DNA of 64,000 nt from Candidatus Hadarchaeota archaeon (GTDB taxonomy: Archaea; CAYQAE01; CAYVLA01), in assembly GCA_964621445.1 (NCBI GenBank), contig CAZUNO010000001.1, forward strand, positions 72,496-136,495, read 5' to 3'. Both the position numbers and the translations under genes were made by a program. The notes under the pieces are model-generated. The model was not told the origin of the DNA. It saw only the letters and a program-made list of their open reading frames with translations, and ran no database searches. Of this stretch, positions 1 through 9,451 are shown in pieces. Numbering within the stretch: the stretch's first letter is position 1; each line of letters starts with the position of its first letter.

Positions 1-1271
1 TGGGTTTTTTCTGGATTATCCATGGCTCGATTATCCATTTGAGCCGGGTCGGACCTCAAATCATAGAGCCTTCTTTCGGAGCCGTCCATCTTGCATAGAA
101 GAACCCATTCCCCATCCGTCACCCACGCATACCGGTTGTAGGCCGATGTTAAATGATCTCTCTGCTTGTGAGGGTTATCTTGGATCGCTGGTTGCAGGTC
201 GACCCCGTCAAGGCCCTTGCTTTCCTTCAAACCGAGGTAGGATAGTATGGTTTTGGTTGCATCCAGGTTATAGACCATCTCCGATACCCGGCTACCGGGT
301 TCGGTTATTCCCGGTATATGGATGATCAGTGGTATTTCCATGAGTTCTGGATACATTGCCCTGTCGACCTTACCCGTCGGCCCATGCTCGCCCATCTGCT
401 GCCCGTGATCGGATAGGAGGAGGATCATGGTCTCGTCCCAAAGTCCATTATCATATATGGTCCGCATGAATTTCCCAAACCAATGGTCTACCAAGCTAAC
501 CTCGGAGGCATATAGGGTCTTCATGTTATTCAATTCCTCAGGTGTAAGGTAGGTGTCCCAATCCTTGTATAATGGCATTATCAGTTTCTTTCCATGGTAA
601 TGGGGATCGTACATATCCACGTAGCTACCCGGAGGGTCCCAGGGCTCGTGGGGATCGAAGCAGTCGACGAGCAGGAAGAGGTCCTCTTCGCTGTCCATGT
701 TCTGCTCCATCCAACGTGAAGCGCTGGAAAAGACCCTGGCCGGAAAATAATCATTCTCAGCACTTCGATCCCCCACATTGGAAAGGTACCTTCTCAATAC
801 ATTATCATTACCTTTTCCTGATGAGAATCTGTATGCATCGGCCTCGTTGGAGGGGTGGGAGTTGAATGCATCAAATTCCTGCCCCCTAATCCATCGCCAC
901 TCGTCAAAGCCTCGGTGGAAATTCATGGAGGGTTTGAATTGATGATACGTATCGGTTATGAAACCCGTGCGAAAACCATTTTTTCGGAGAATTTCAGAAA
1001 GGGTTTCCTGCTTTTCCGGTATGGGTTGCCAACCGAGGATATGTATGTAGTCTCCCTTCACCGGGCTGTAATCCCGGAATGGGAAGGTTCTTATCCCGGT
1101 ATGAAGGGCCCTGCGAACGGAAATGGTTGGCAGGGATTCGGGATACGCGGACTCGAATGTGCAGCTCTTTTCGGAGAAACGATCGAAGTTTGAAGTTCTG
1201 ATCCAGCGGTTTCCGTAACAACCAAGATGGTCCTTACGTAGACTATCTATGATTATCAGAAAGATGTTCAT
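1..1271 (-). CDS. Sulfatase-like / alkaline phosphatase superfamily hydrolase; 3' end runs off the window
   Basis: Not in the ORF track. Manual translation from ATG 1271 gives MNIFLIIIDSLRKDHLGCYGN...PESLPTISVRRALHTG...DCFDPHEPWDPP...LLSDHGQQMGEHG...LYDLRSDP. The N-terminal and DPHEPW segments are in the same frame. Confidence 0.85.
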   Translation of the reverse strand, partial: MNIFLIIIDSLRKDHLGCYGNRWIRTSNFDRFSEKSCTFESAYPESLPTISVRRALHTGIRTFPFRDYSPVKGDYIHILGWQPIPEKQETLSEILRKNGFRTGFITDTYHQFKPSMNFHRGFDEWRWIRGQEFDAFNSHPSNEADAYRFSSGKGNDNVLRRYLSNVGDRSAENDYFPARVFSSASRWMEQNMDSEEDLFLLVDCFDPHEPWDPPGSYVDMYDPHYHGKKLIMPLYKDWDTYLTPEELNNMKTLYASEVSLVDHWFGKFMRTIYDNGLWDETMILLLSDHGQQMGEHGPTGKVDRAMYPELMEIPLIIHIPGITEPGSRVSEMVYNLDATKTILSYLGLKESKGLDGVDLQPAIQDNPHKQRDHLTSAYNRYAWVTDGEWVLLCKMDGSERRLYDLRSDPAQMDNRAMDNPEKT

Positions 1272-1338
1272 TGCCTTCACCGTTACGGGTTTAGTAGGAT
1301 AATATAAGAGCTTTCATATCAATAAACCACTTTACACA

Positions 1339-2178
1339 ATGAAGCCAGTTTCAAGCCCGGATATAGTCGAGGGCCAGGAGATATCGCAGGCAACCCTGAA
1401 GCTGATGAATCTTCTGGGACAAGTGGATGGAGAGGGCCGACTAAGACCCGATGGCAGGGACAAGATCGCCCAGGTTCTAGCCTTTTTGCCATTAATGGAG
1501 AAGGTAATTTCCCGATCTAGCAGAAAAAAACCGATCAGAGTTCTGGAATGCGCCTGTGGCAAGGGCCACCTAGGATTGATACTCAACCAGATTCTATCGG
1601 AAAGGGTGGAGAGGAATATTCAATTTATTGGCGTCGATTCCTGGAAGAGGTTGGTTGATAAGTGCAGGGATATAGCCGAGAATATGGGATACCATAATGT
1701 TGAGTACCATCACTCTGATATAGCCGACTATATCGACGAAAGGGAGGTAATCGTTCTTCTATCGCTTCATGCATGTGACACGGCGACCGATGAGGCGTTA
1801 GTTAAGGGTATAGAATTGGGTTGCCGGTATATATTCCTGGTGCCCTGTTGTCAGAGTGAGATCCTAAAGGACCTCCGTCAAACGGATAATCCGACGCTGC
1901 TTCCCATGACAGGAAATTACACACACAGGAAGATACTGGGTTCCCTTCTTACTGACTCCCTTAGAAGGTTGGTGCTCGAGTCGTTTGGTTACAAGACCGA
2001 TGTTTTCGAGTACGTATCCGTGAGAAGAACGGAGAAGAACGTCATGATTAGGGGAACTTCTGGCGCACATCCTAGCGAGAATTCCTGGTCCTTGTATCGG
2101 AGAACCTTGAAGGATCTTGATTTGGATATAGAGCTGGACCGGATGCTTAGGGAGGAAGGTCTCCAGCCATCATTTTAG
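1339..2178 (+). CDS. Class I SAM-dependent methyltransferase (Methyltransf_32-like)
   Basis: VLECACGKGHL SAM motif I, SLHACDTATD and VPCCQ motifs. Confidence 0.8.
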   Translation: MKPVSSPDIVEGQEISQATLKLMNLLGQVDGEGRLRPDGRDKIAQVLAFLPLMEKVISRSSRKKPIRVLECACGKGHLGLILNQILSERVERNIQFIGVDSWKRLVDKCRDIAENMGYHNVEYHHSDIADYIDEREVIVLLSLHACDTATDEALVKGIELGCRYIFLVPCCQSEILKDLRQTDNPTLLPMTGNYTHRKILGSLLTDSLRRLVLESFGYKTDVFEYVSVRRTEKNVMIRGTSGAHPSENSWSLYRRTLKDLDLDIELDRMLREEGLQPSF

Positions 2179-2607
2179 TCGGATTCGCTTAGCAGACGCT
2201 TCTCACATTCAAGTTTCAAATCCTGGTTATATCCTGGGTTACCTCGATGCAGCCCTTGTACTTGCCTCCTGGTCGAGGACTGGAAAATACCTTATGTAGA
2301 TTTATCTGCCCTTCATATCTATCCAGAACTCTGCCTTCTCCAAGGAACCGGCCTTGAATCCCTGGAGGATCTCTTCCACCCGCCCCAGGCTTTTCTTAGG
2401 ATGGCAATTCTGGACCTTTCTTCAAATAATTCCCTTCGGGAGAGGAAATATCCGATCCCCGTTCTTGTTGAAGTACTATACCCGGTCCTCCGTGTCGACG
2501 AATGACAACCCGATGGGTAATAATTCCATTATTTCCTCAAGATCTTTGGCTTCTAGATTTCCCGCCAAACAATTCCTCCCAGCAAGTAGATTGGCTTCAC
2601 TCTCCAT
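2175..2607 (-). pseudogene. Decayed PAS_10 / DUF438-associated PAS domain gene
   Basis: Manual translation: LPIGLSFVDTEDRV*YFNKNGDRIFPLPKGII*RKVQNCHPKKSL...AEFWIDMKGR*IYIRYFPV, then frameshifted GKYKGCIEVTQDITRI and EKRLL. Stops at 2476-2478, 2422-2424 and 2302-2304. Confidence 0.8.
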
Positions 2608-2660
2608 CCGGTAATCGGCAAAGCCCGAGATTACGACGATATTACCTAGATCGGTTCAAT

Positions 2661-3062
2661 TCATTCAGCTTCGATTTCCTTGGCGGACTGCCACAGACCG
2701 TGAATGTTGCAGTAGGACATCGCATGGAGGGTCCCTGATTCACTCGTCTTCATAGATGCAGTTGCCTGGTGATGGGTGTACACGGGCCCCTCGTTGGCCC
2801 CCTTCACCGATTCACCATGGGCCTTGAATTCAAAGGTACCTACATGATGGGTGAACTTTCCCTGTTCTGGATGGAAGTAAAGGGATATCCAGGAAATGTG
2901 GTGTTCGGTGGTGTTTGGGTGAGCTATTTCCTTTCCTATGGTCACCTTGACATCAAATATATCGTCCGCCTTTACCTTTTCAGGGCACTCTATCACCGGT
3001 ACATGCTTTTCGGTCTTCCAGTCCGCCTCTTGGACACGTTCGGTAAGATTCTTGGTAGCCAT
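2661..3062 (-). CDS. sor: Superoxide reductase (1Fe / neelaredoxin-type, class II SORL domain)
   Basis: EKHVP, HPNTTEHHI and YCNIHGLW iron-ligand motifs. Confidence 0.92.
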   Translation of the reverse strand: MATKNLTERVQEADWKTEKHVPVIECPEKVKADDIFDVKVTIGKEIAHPNTTEHHISWISLYFHPEQGKFTHHVGTFEFKAHGESVKGANEGPVYTHHQATASMKTSESGTLHAMSYCNIHGLWQSAKEIEAE

Positions 3063-3120
3063 CTTTACAACCTCTACCCCGGGATGAGGGTTATCCCCTT
3101 ATTAGGTTTGCTGTGTATCA

Positions 3121-3816
3121 ATGGGACTGCCCGGATCGGTCATTCAAGGGATAGGCGGGGTTAGAAAACATAAAAGAAAGCCTTTTCAAAATTCAGGGAG
3201 TTTGAATACACAGGATTTCGTAAGAGATTTCATCCACCAGGGAAAAGGGAGGTATGTTGATCTCGGCAATCATGATTGCGCTTCCTCCGAGGGTGTAATT
3301 TACATTAGAAATAAGATCGAGAACAGGGTGGATGAGTTCGGAAAGAAAAAGCTGAGGATAGATTATCGTGAAAGGATGAATCCCCTCTACTATCTAGCCT
3401 CCGCCAGTTTGATGGTAATGGCTTTCTACTTCGCCGCCCTCTTTATGGGAGATAGTCTCCGTGGGGATATCTGGCTATTAGTTCTGGCGGTCTTATTCAT
3501 CAGCCCCTTCGTAATTAGGAGGTTTATCAGTGGATTCCAGGTTATAGGGATTTACTTCACTATCTGTATTCTTTTTTCAGTGACCGTCGGTTCCTGGCAG
3601 GAGAACGAGCTGGGGTCGGGAGTGCTAATTTTCTTCGTTGTGGGATTATCACCTTATGTTGCCTCAAGATTATTCGCTAGGATATGGAGGGAGGCCTACG
3701 TGGAACTCTCCGGCAATGGATCCTTATCATTCACCTGCCCACAGGAGAAACTGGGGGCCTTGCTTCGGCTGGTCGGGAATGACGCCAGCTATGATAGGTT
3801 CAGTAGCCGATCTTGA
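3121..3816 (+). CDS. Hypothetical membrane protein (about 4 TM); start uncertain, probably downstream of 3121
   Basis: Four hydrophobic segments in the C-terminal two thirds. Confidence 0.55.
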   Translation: MGLPGSVIQGIGGVRKHKRKPFQNSGSLNTQDFVRDFIHQGKGRYVDLGNHDCASSEGVIYIRNKIENRVDEFGKKKLRIDYRERMNPLYYLASASLMVMAFYFAALFMGDSLRGDIWLLVLAVLFISPFVIRRFISGFQVIGIYFTICILFSVTVGSWQENELGSGVLIFFVVGLSPYVASRLFARIWREAYVELSGNGSLSFTCPQEKLGALLRLVGNDASYDRFSSRS

Positions 3817-5005
3817 TCTTTTTTTCCGCTTCAGCCGACTCGAGCATGGCGTCGCATACGACTGCACACCTGTATCCATCCTCGAAGGTTGCCGCCTGGG
3901 GTCCGACATCCTTATCATTTGCAATTGCATCCATTATGTGGTTGGCCTTGTTTACGAAGGTGTCGGCCCATCCGATTATATGTCCCTGGGGCCACCAGAC
4001 ATCAAAGTGGGGATGAGAGCTCTCGGTTACCAGGATATCGTGGAATCCCTCAACATCATCCTCGGTATCCTCAACTAGATTAACCTTCAATCGATTCAGA
4101 TCCTCCAGATTGAAGAAGATACTCCCTTTCTCTCCGTTGACTTCTATGGTCTGGTAATTCTTACGCCCGGAACATAGCCGGGATGCCTCGAGGGTACCGA
4201 CCGCCCCGTTCTCAAATTCAATAACCGATTCAATGGCATCATCAACGGTGACTTCACCCATCTTGTTTGGGTCATCGGGTAACGGCCTTTCCTTTATCGC
4301 GGTCTTCGTCGTCGCCATTACCGAATCAAACTCTCCGACCAGGAACCTACCGATATCTATCACATGGGCCCCCAGATCTCCCAGTGCACCGCTTCCAGCT
4401 TTTTCCCTGTCCATTCTCCAGGCGAGAGGGGTATTGTGGTGTGGTAGCAGCCATTCCTGCAGATATTTTGCCCTGAAATGGTATATTTCCCCTAAAGTAC
4501 CATCCTCAATGAGCTGTCTGGCTAAGGCGATTGCGGGTACAAAACGGTAGTTGAAGCTAACCATGTGCTTGACCCCAGCCTTTTCCGCGGCTTTGAGCAT
4601 TTCCGATGCCTCGTCCGCATTTCGGGCCAGAGGTTTCTCACACCAAAGGTGTTTTCCCTTCTCGGCAGCTTCAATACACGGTTCCTTGTGCATGTTATTT
4701 GGCCCGCCGTTGTCGAATAGATCAATGGAATCATCATCAAGCATCTTGTGCCAATCGGTGTAGTACTTCTCATAACCGAATCTCTTGGCCGCCTGAGATA
4801 CCTTCTCTTCGGTTCTTCCGCACATTGCCACCAGTTTAGGGACGGCCGGAGGGGGCCAGTACATATAGGACATGGTTCTGTATGCATTTGAATGAGCCTT
4901 TCCCATGAAGGCGTACCCCAGCATTCCTACACCTATTTCCGGTATATCCCCGGTTTCGGAACTCACATCACCCATAGTTAGAAAACCAACTTTCTTTTCA
5001 GACAT
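3800..5005 (-). CDS. Gfo/Idh/MocA oxidoreductase (levoglucosan-dehydrogenase-like subgroup)
   Basis: GYAFMGKAHS Rossmann motif, CEKPLA, GALGDLGAH, WWPQGHIIGW. Confidence 0.9.
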   Translation of the reverse strand: MSEKKVGFLTMGDVSSETGDIPEIGVGMLGYAFMGKAHSNAYRTMSYMYWPPPAVPKLVAMCGRTEEKVSQAAKRFGYEKYYTDWHKMLDDDSIDLFDNGGPNNMHKEPCIEAAEKGKHLWCEKPLARNADEASEMLKAAEKAGVKHMVSFNYRFVPAIALARQLIEDGTLGEIYHFRAKYLQEWLLPHHNTPLAWRMDREKAGSGALGDLGAHVIDIGRFLVGEFDSVMATTKTAIKERPLPDDPNKMGEVTVDDAIESVIEFENGAVGTLEASRLCSGRKNYQTIEVNGEKGSIFFNLEDLNRLKVNLVEDTEDDVEGFHDILVTESSHPHFDVWWPQGHIIGWADTFVNKANHIMDAIANDKDVGPQAATFEDGYRCAVVCDAMLESAEAEKKIKIGY

Positions 5006-5072
5006 TCATAACACCTATCCAGGCCTTCATATGGTAAGCGGCTGACCATTGATAAAAAATTTTCGGAATAAA

Positions 5073-6071
5073 TTATTCTTGAGACTTCCAATCTCTCATT
5101 GAATAGGATAGATCGTTTTTGTCTATAAACTCGATTATTTTCTCCTTATCGGGTACACCCTTGGTTGCACCTGCTTTGGAAACGCAGAAACCCCCTGTTG
5201 CATTGGCAAATCTCGTCGTTCGACCTATATCCCAGTTCTGTCCGAGGCCAAATAGAAAACCAGCAACAAAGGCATCCCCTGCCCCCGTTCCATCCACAGC
5301 ACGAAATTGTGGATCGGCGGGCATATCTATCCGTATCCTGGAGGTTCTAACGTGACAACCGCTTTTCCCCATCTTGATTACTACAATTCGTGGTCCCATT
5401 CTCATTATGGCGGCTGAGAGCTCCTCGGCCGTTGCCGATTGATCGTTGATGACCATTCTTGCCTCGCCTATGTTGGAGAAATAATAGTCAATTTGGTTCA
5501 TGCTGGTCTTTAGATCTGACCATTGTACCCGGTCGCTCCATGCCAGGTCTATGGAGGTTGAAGCACCTTTTTTGTGAGCGATTGAGAATATCTTTCGGAG
5601 GTCAGATGGTGTTATTGATGGGACCAGATTATAACCCCCCATGTGAAAGACCCTGCAATCATAGCTTTCGTCCGGGATATCATTGATGGAGAAATTGGCA
5701 TTTGCCCCTACATAATGATAGAAGGTGCGTTCCCCGGTCTTAACTTCCACCTCGATGTCGGTGGTGGCCGTCTCTTCACCGGCCGATAGGGAAACACCTT
5801 CGACATCAATTCCGGGGTAGCTCTCCAGGGTTTCCATGACGAATCTACCCCAGTAATCATCCCCTATCCTACCAACGATCTTTACATTTGATCCCATTTT
5901 GGCCAAGCATATTCCCGTATTGGCTGCACATCCACCTACATGAAGCTCAATGGGGTCCTGTAGCGTTACCAGCCTCCCGGGTTCGGCTCTTTCCTTAAAG
6001 CGACGGATTATATCGGCGACCAATATGCCAGCGCAGGTGATTTCCATGCTCTCCACTTTCAAGAAGTTCAA
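5073..6071 (-). CDS. PfkB-family carbohydrate kinase
   Basis: GGCAANTG and DGTGAGDAFVAGF PfkB signatures. Confidence 0.92.
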   Translation of the reverse strand: MNFLKVESMEITCAGILVADIIRRFKERAEPGRLVTLQDPIELHVGGCAANTGICLAKMGSNVKIVGRIGDDYWGRFVMETLESYPGIDVEGVSLSAGEETATTDIEVEVKTGERTFYHYVGANANFSINDIPDESYDCRVFHMGGYNLVPSITPSDLRKIFSIAHKKGASTSIDLAWSDRVQWSDLKTSMNQIDYYFSNIGEARMVINDQSATAEELSAAIMRMGPRIVVIKMGKSGCHVRTSRIRIDMPADPQFRAVDGTGAGDAFVAGFLFGLGQNWDIGRTTRFANATGGFCVSKAGATKGVPDKEKIIEFIDKNDLSYSMRDWKSQE

Positions 6072-6775
6072 ATATTGATTCCTGATATGTGTTCATCCTC
6101 GGCCACATGGGATTTGGTTATCTTTTGAATCATTAAGGGTAGTTCCTCCAGATTGTCGAGTATGGCTAAGGGGTCAAGATCCATTAAATCTTCGTTTGAA
6201 GATGAGCCGTAACTCACGGCCACGAACTTGGCCCCGGCCATCCTGGCACACTGACCGTCCATGGCGTGATCTCCAACCATCAGTATCTCCTGTACAGGAA
6301 TTTTCAGCGCCTGGGATAGCAGATGAAGTGCTTTGGGCTCCGGCTTTGAAGGTCGGTTCATGCAACGAAAACCCAGGGCATCAAAAAATTCCGTGCACTT
6401 GTTTCTATCCATAATCTCCTTAGCATATCTCCCGCATGATCTGGTAAGCAGGCCGATCCTTAGTCCCATTTCCTTGAGTTCAGTTAGGAGATCTCTAATT
6501 TCACAAAGAGGGTTCGCCTCCCCAATGGCCTCCATCTCGGTATTATCCATTATCCTGTGTATTTCGGCAATGTCATCCTCCCTGGAGAGATGGCTGTGAT
6601 CATTTTTCTCGAGCCAACATATGATGTCCCGAGTGGTGGAGAAGCCTCCGGATTTTTTTAGATGTGGATACCTGGATATTAAATAATCAAGGATACGGCT
6701 TCTCATCTTTTTGAAGTCGACCGCGGAGCTGACCAGGGTATTGTCCAGATCAAAGACAACGGCTGAAATGTCCAT
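6068..6775 (-). CDS. HAD-family hydrolase (phosphoglycolate-phosphatase-like)
   Basis: FDLDNTL motif I, SKPEP, MVGDHAMD; overlaps the pfkB start by 4 nt. Confidence 0.88.
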   Translation of the reverse strand: MDISAVVFDLDNTLVSSAVDFKKMRSRILDYLISRYPHLKKSGGFSTTRDIICWLEKNDHSHLSREDDIAEIHRIMDNTEMEAIGEANPLCEIRDLLTELKEMGLRIGLLTRSCGRYAKEIMDRNKCTEFFDALGFRCMNRPSKPEPKALHLLSQALKIPVQEILMVGDHAMDGQCARMAGAKFVAVSYGSSSNEDLMDLDPLAILDNLEELPLMIQKITKSHVAEDEHISGINI

Positions 6776-6889
6776 GTTTACAAGGTCTCGAAAAGCTTGC
6801 TATCTCAAATATTCTTTCGAATTCATGAAATATCCGAACAATCATGGTACCCTCTGGACAACGGCATAGGTTGGATAATTCAATGAGCT

Positions 6890-8569
6890 TCACAAGGAAT
6901 CGGATAATCTCGATATTCCCATGATAATGTGGGGAGGGGTTATCAATCCAAATACCCTTTTGTATTTTGCCTTTGAGATGTCCTTAAACGTCTGTATATC
7001 TCCCGAATTTTCGTAACCCCGCACGAAGGCCTCTACAATAGGTTTCATCTTGCTCCATCTCAGCGTATAATGACCGGAATAGTAGAGAAACTCCGCCAGA
7101 TCCCAGCTTGGATTTCCTTCTCGGATTGCCTGCTCCAGGTCAACGAACCATATATGGTCATTGGCGTCGATTATCATATTATCTGGCTTAGAATCTCCCA
7201 GGGAGGCACCAAGTGAATGTATATCTCCAATTTTCTCACCAAGTTTTTCGACATCCATCAAGGATGCTTGTCTCCCTTTTGATAGGAATTCCTTAACCAC
7301 CTCATCAAATCCTCTGCCTTCAATGTACTGTTCGATTATGGTCAATTTGGGCATGCTGATGTGGTAAATGGCGGGAACGTTAATTCCCTTGGACCCCAAA
7401 TAGCGGTTCATCTTGTATTCGTTGGCAAGGCGACGTTTGCCGGAAACATCAAAGTTCTGGGCTCCGATCGTCCACAAGGTAACTGGAACCCATTTTAGGC
7501 CGTACCAGTTCTGGTAGGACTTTGCCACAAGCTTCTTCGAAAGTTTATCGTTTTCAAGCTCCACCAGATAAACGTAGTTCAATGCTCCACCTATCCGTCT
7601 CATTGAACCCTCCCCCTCATGCCCGACTTCTGAGGAGATTATCTCCTTGACCCCTCTCTCGTCATCCATTGAAACCATGCCCCTCTCGGTCTTTAAGTAG
7701 AGAAAAGATTTTGGATCTGGCATTTCCAAGTGCAAGTCTTCAGGGGATTTCAAAGTCTCTGAGAAATCATTGAGAATCGAGCGATCGAGCAGGTCAACCG
7801 CAGTCCCATAGGCGGCCAGTCTCCTGACTGCATGTTCAACCTCTCGAAAGGGGACCAGTGCTTTTGAATTCTCACCCGGTAGATCTTGGACTAGTTTTTC
7901 AGTGGCCCGTGCATAATGGTTCAAATCAATTAACCCTGATGAATCAAGTTCCTTGAGAGCTGGAAGAAATCCGAAACTCCGGTCTTCGTTAGGATAGCCG
8001 TTCGATGAGAGATAGTTCCTTCCCGATAGCTGGCGTATCTTTATCCTCCGCTGTACTCTCTGATGGAAGAAGAAGGGGGGATCAATCAATAACTCCGTGA
8101 ATAGGCTGCCAAATCTCAAACTGAGATTATTCAATTCCTCCCTAACAACTCTCTTCTTGAACTCGGTCTCATTTCTTTGTAGGTATTCCGGGTTGCGGAG
8201 TGCCTTGTGTGGAAGAAGGAGGAAAGAGGCGACGAAATCCCCCAAGAATCCGTTTGTCACATCCTTCTCAAATAGATCTCTGGACACAATTGTGATCACA
8301 AAGTTGAGACCCTGCTTTTCAACTATCCTTCTATTGAGATGATCCTGAGGTTTCTTCAGGACCAACAGGATTTCCACAGAGTTTTGGGTTTCGGTGAAAG
8401 AAGTAAGGAAACATGAGGCTTCAGGGACCTCAAAATTTGTGGAAATGATTTGTGATATTATTTCTTTGACCCTGGTAGGAGACAACGACCCACTTTCGAC
8501 ATGAAGACTTATTTCTCTTCCCTTAAGATCAAGAAAGATTATAAAAGCCGCCCTTGTCTGAGCCTTCAA
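6890..8569 (-). CDS. Kdo/Bud32-like atypical kinase with a large N-terminal domain (start uncertain)
   Basis: C-terminal GGALNYVY loop, VAKSY lysine, LGDSKPDN catalytic loop, FVDLEQ, WDLAEFLYY. Confidence 0.75.
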   Translation of the reverse strand: MKAQTRAAFIIFLDLKGREISLHVESGSLSPTRVKEIISQIISTNFEVPEASCFLTSFTETQNSVEILLVLKKPQDHLNRRIVEKQGLNFVITIVSRDLFEKDVTNGFLGDFVASFLLLPHKALRNPEYLQRNETEFKKRVVREELNNLSLRFGSLFTELLIDPPFFFHQRVQRRIKIRQLSGRNYLSSNGYPNEDRSFGFLPALKELDSSGLIDLNHYARATEKLVQDLPGENSKALVPFREVEHAVRRLAAYGTAVDLLDRSILNDFSETLKSPEDLHLEMPDPKSFLYLKTERGMVSMDDERGVKEIISSEVGHEGEGSMRRIGGALNYVYLVELENDKLSKKLVAKSYQNWYGLKWVPVTLWTIGAQNFDVSGKRRLANEYKMNRYLGSKGINVPAIYHISMPKLTIIEQYIEGRGFDEVVKEFLSKGRQASLMDVEKLGEKIGDIHSLGASLGDSKPDNMIIDANDHIWFVDLEQAIREGNPSWDLAEFLYYSGHYTLRWSKMKPIVEAFVRGYENSGDIQTFKDISKAKYKRVFGLITPPHIIMGISRLSDSL

Positions 8570-8593
8570 GCAGGCAAACGAAGTTGGAAAAGA

Positions 8594-9382
8594 ATGGATC
8601 TAATCGCTCTAGGAGTAGTGGCCGCAGCGGTAGGGACTCTAGCAGCCATGGTTGGAGTTGGCGGCGGCTTTCTAATCGTGCCAATGTTGGTGCTGATATG
8701 GGGTCTCTCAATGCAGGATGCGGCCGGCACCAGCTTAATAATGATAATATTCACCTCGCTTTCATCCACTCTTGCTTTTTGGAGGCAAAAGAGAATAGAT
8801 TATAGAACGGGTGGAATCCTGGCCATCGCCAACGTGCCCGGTGCTCTTTTCGGGGCCTACGTAACGAGTATGGTGGAATCCCTTATTCTTGAGGCTTTTC
8901 TGGGTATACTGCTAATGGGCCTGGGGATAAGAATGGTGGTTTGCACCGAACTCCCGGAAAAGAGTTCGGATGAATGCACGGTAAGGATGGTTGGGTCGGA
9001 GGGACAGGTTTTCGAGTATGCCCCAAAGTTGAAATGGGGGGTGCCTGGCACCTTCCTGGCCGGCGTTACCTCCGGCTTATTTGGAATCGGGGGAGGGATA
9101 CTGGATGTACCCCTCCTTAGGCTTGGTGTGGGCATACCTATGCATATAGCTTGTGCCACCTCCATGTTCATAATGATATTAACATCCCTCTCAGCGGGCC
9201 TGACCCATGCCATGCTGGGTCATGCAAGACTGGATTACGCCATACCACTTGTCATCGGAATTATTATCGGGACCCAGATAGGAGCTTTGCTGGCCCGCAG
9301 AACCAAGGCCAAGATCTTGGAGAATATATTGGGCATCTGCCTCCTCGTAGTGGGTGCGAGGATGATCTATAGCCTTATCTGA
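8594..9382 (+). CDS. TauE/SafE (TSUP) family permease
   Basis: Duplicated GVGGGFLIVP / GIGGGILDVP motifs and multiple TM helices; ATG at 8594. Confidence 0.9.
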   Translation: MDLIALGVVAAAVGTLAAMVGVGGGFLIVPMLVLIWGLSMQDAAGTSLIMIIFTSLSSTLAFWRQKRIDYRTGGILAIANVPGALFGAYVTSMVESLILEAFLGILLMGLGIRMVVCTELPEKSSDECTVRMVGSEGQVFEYAPKLKWGVPGTFLAGVTSGLFGIGGGILDVPLLRLGVGIPMHIACATSMFIMILTSLSAGLTHAMLGHARLDYAIPLVIGIIIGTQIGALLARRTKAKILENILGICLLVVGARMIYSLI

Positions 9383-9451
9383 TGATCTGACTTGCTCAGT
9401 CTCCATAAAAAAAGATTTAATGACCAAATTCTGGAATGGATCAGTGATCAA

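Noticed and set aside
2175-2607. Stop-codon recoding (Sec/Pyl) in the PAS-like frame
   Set aside because: All three stop types occur together with frameshifts, which indicates decay rather than readthrough.
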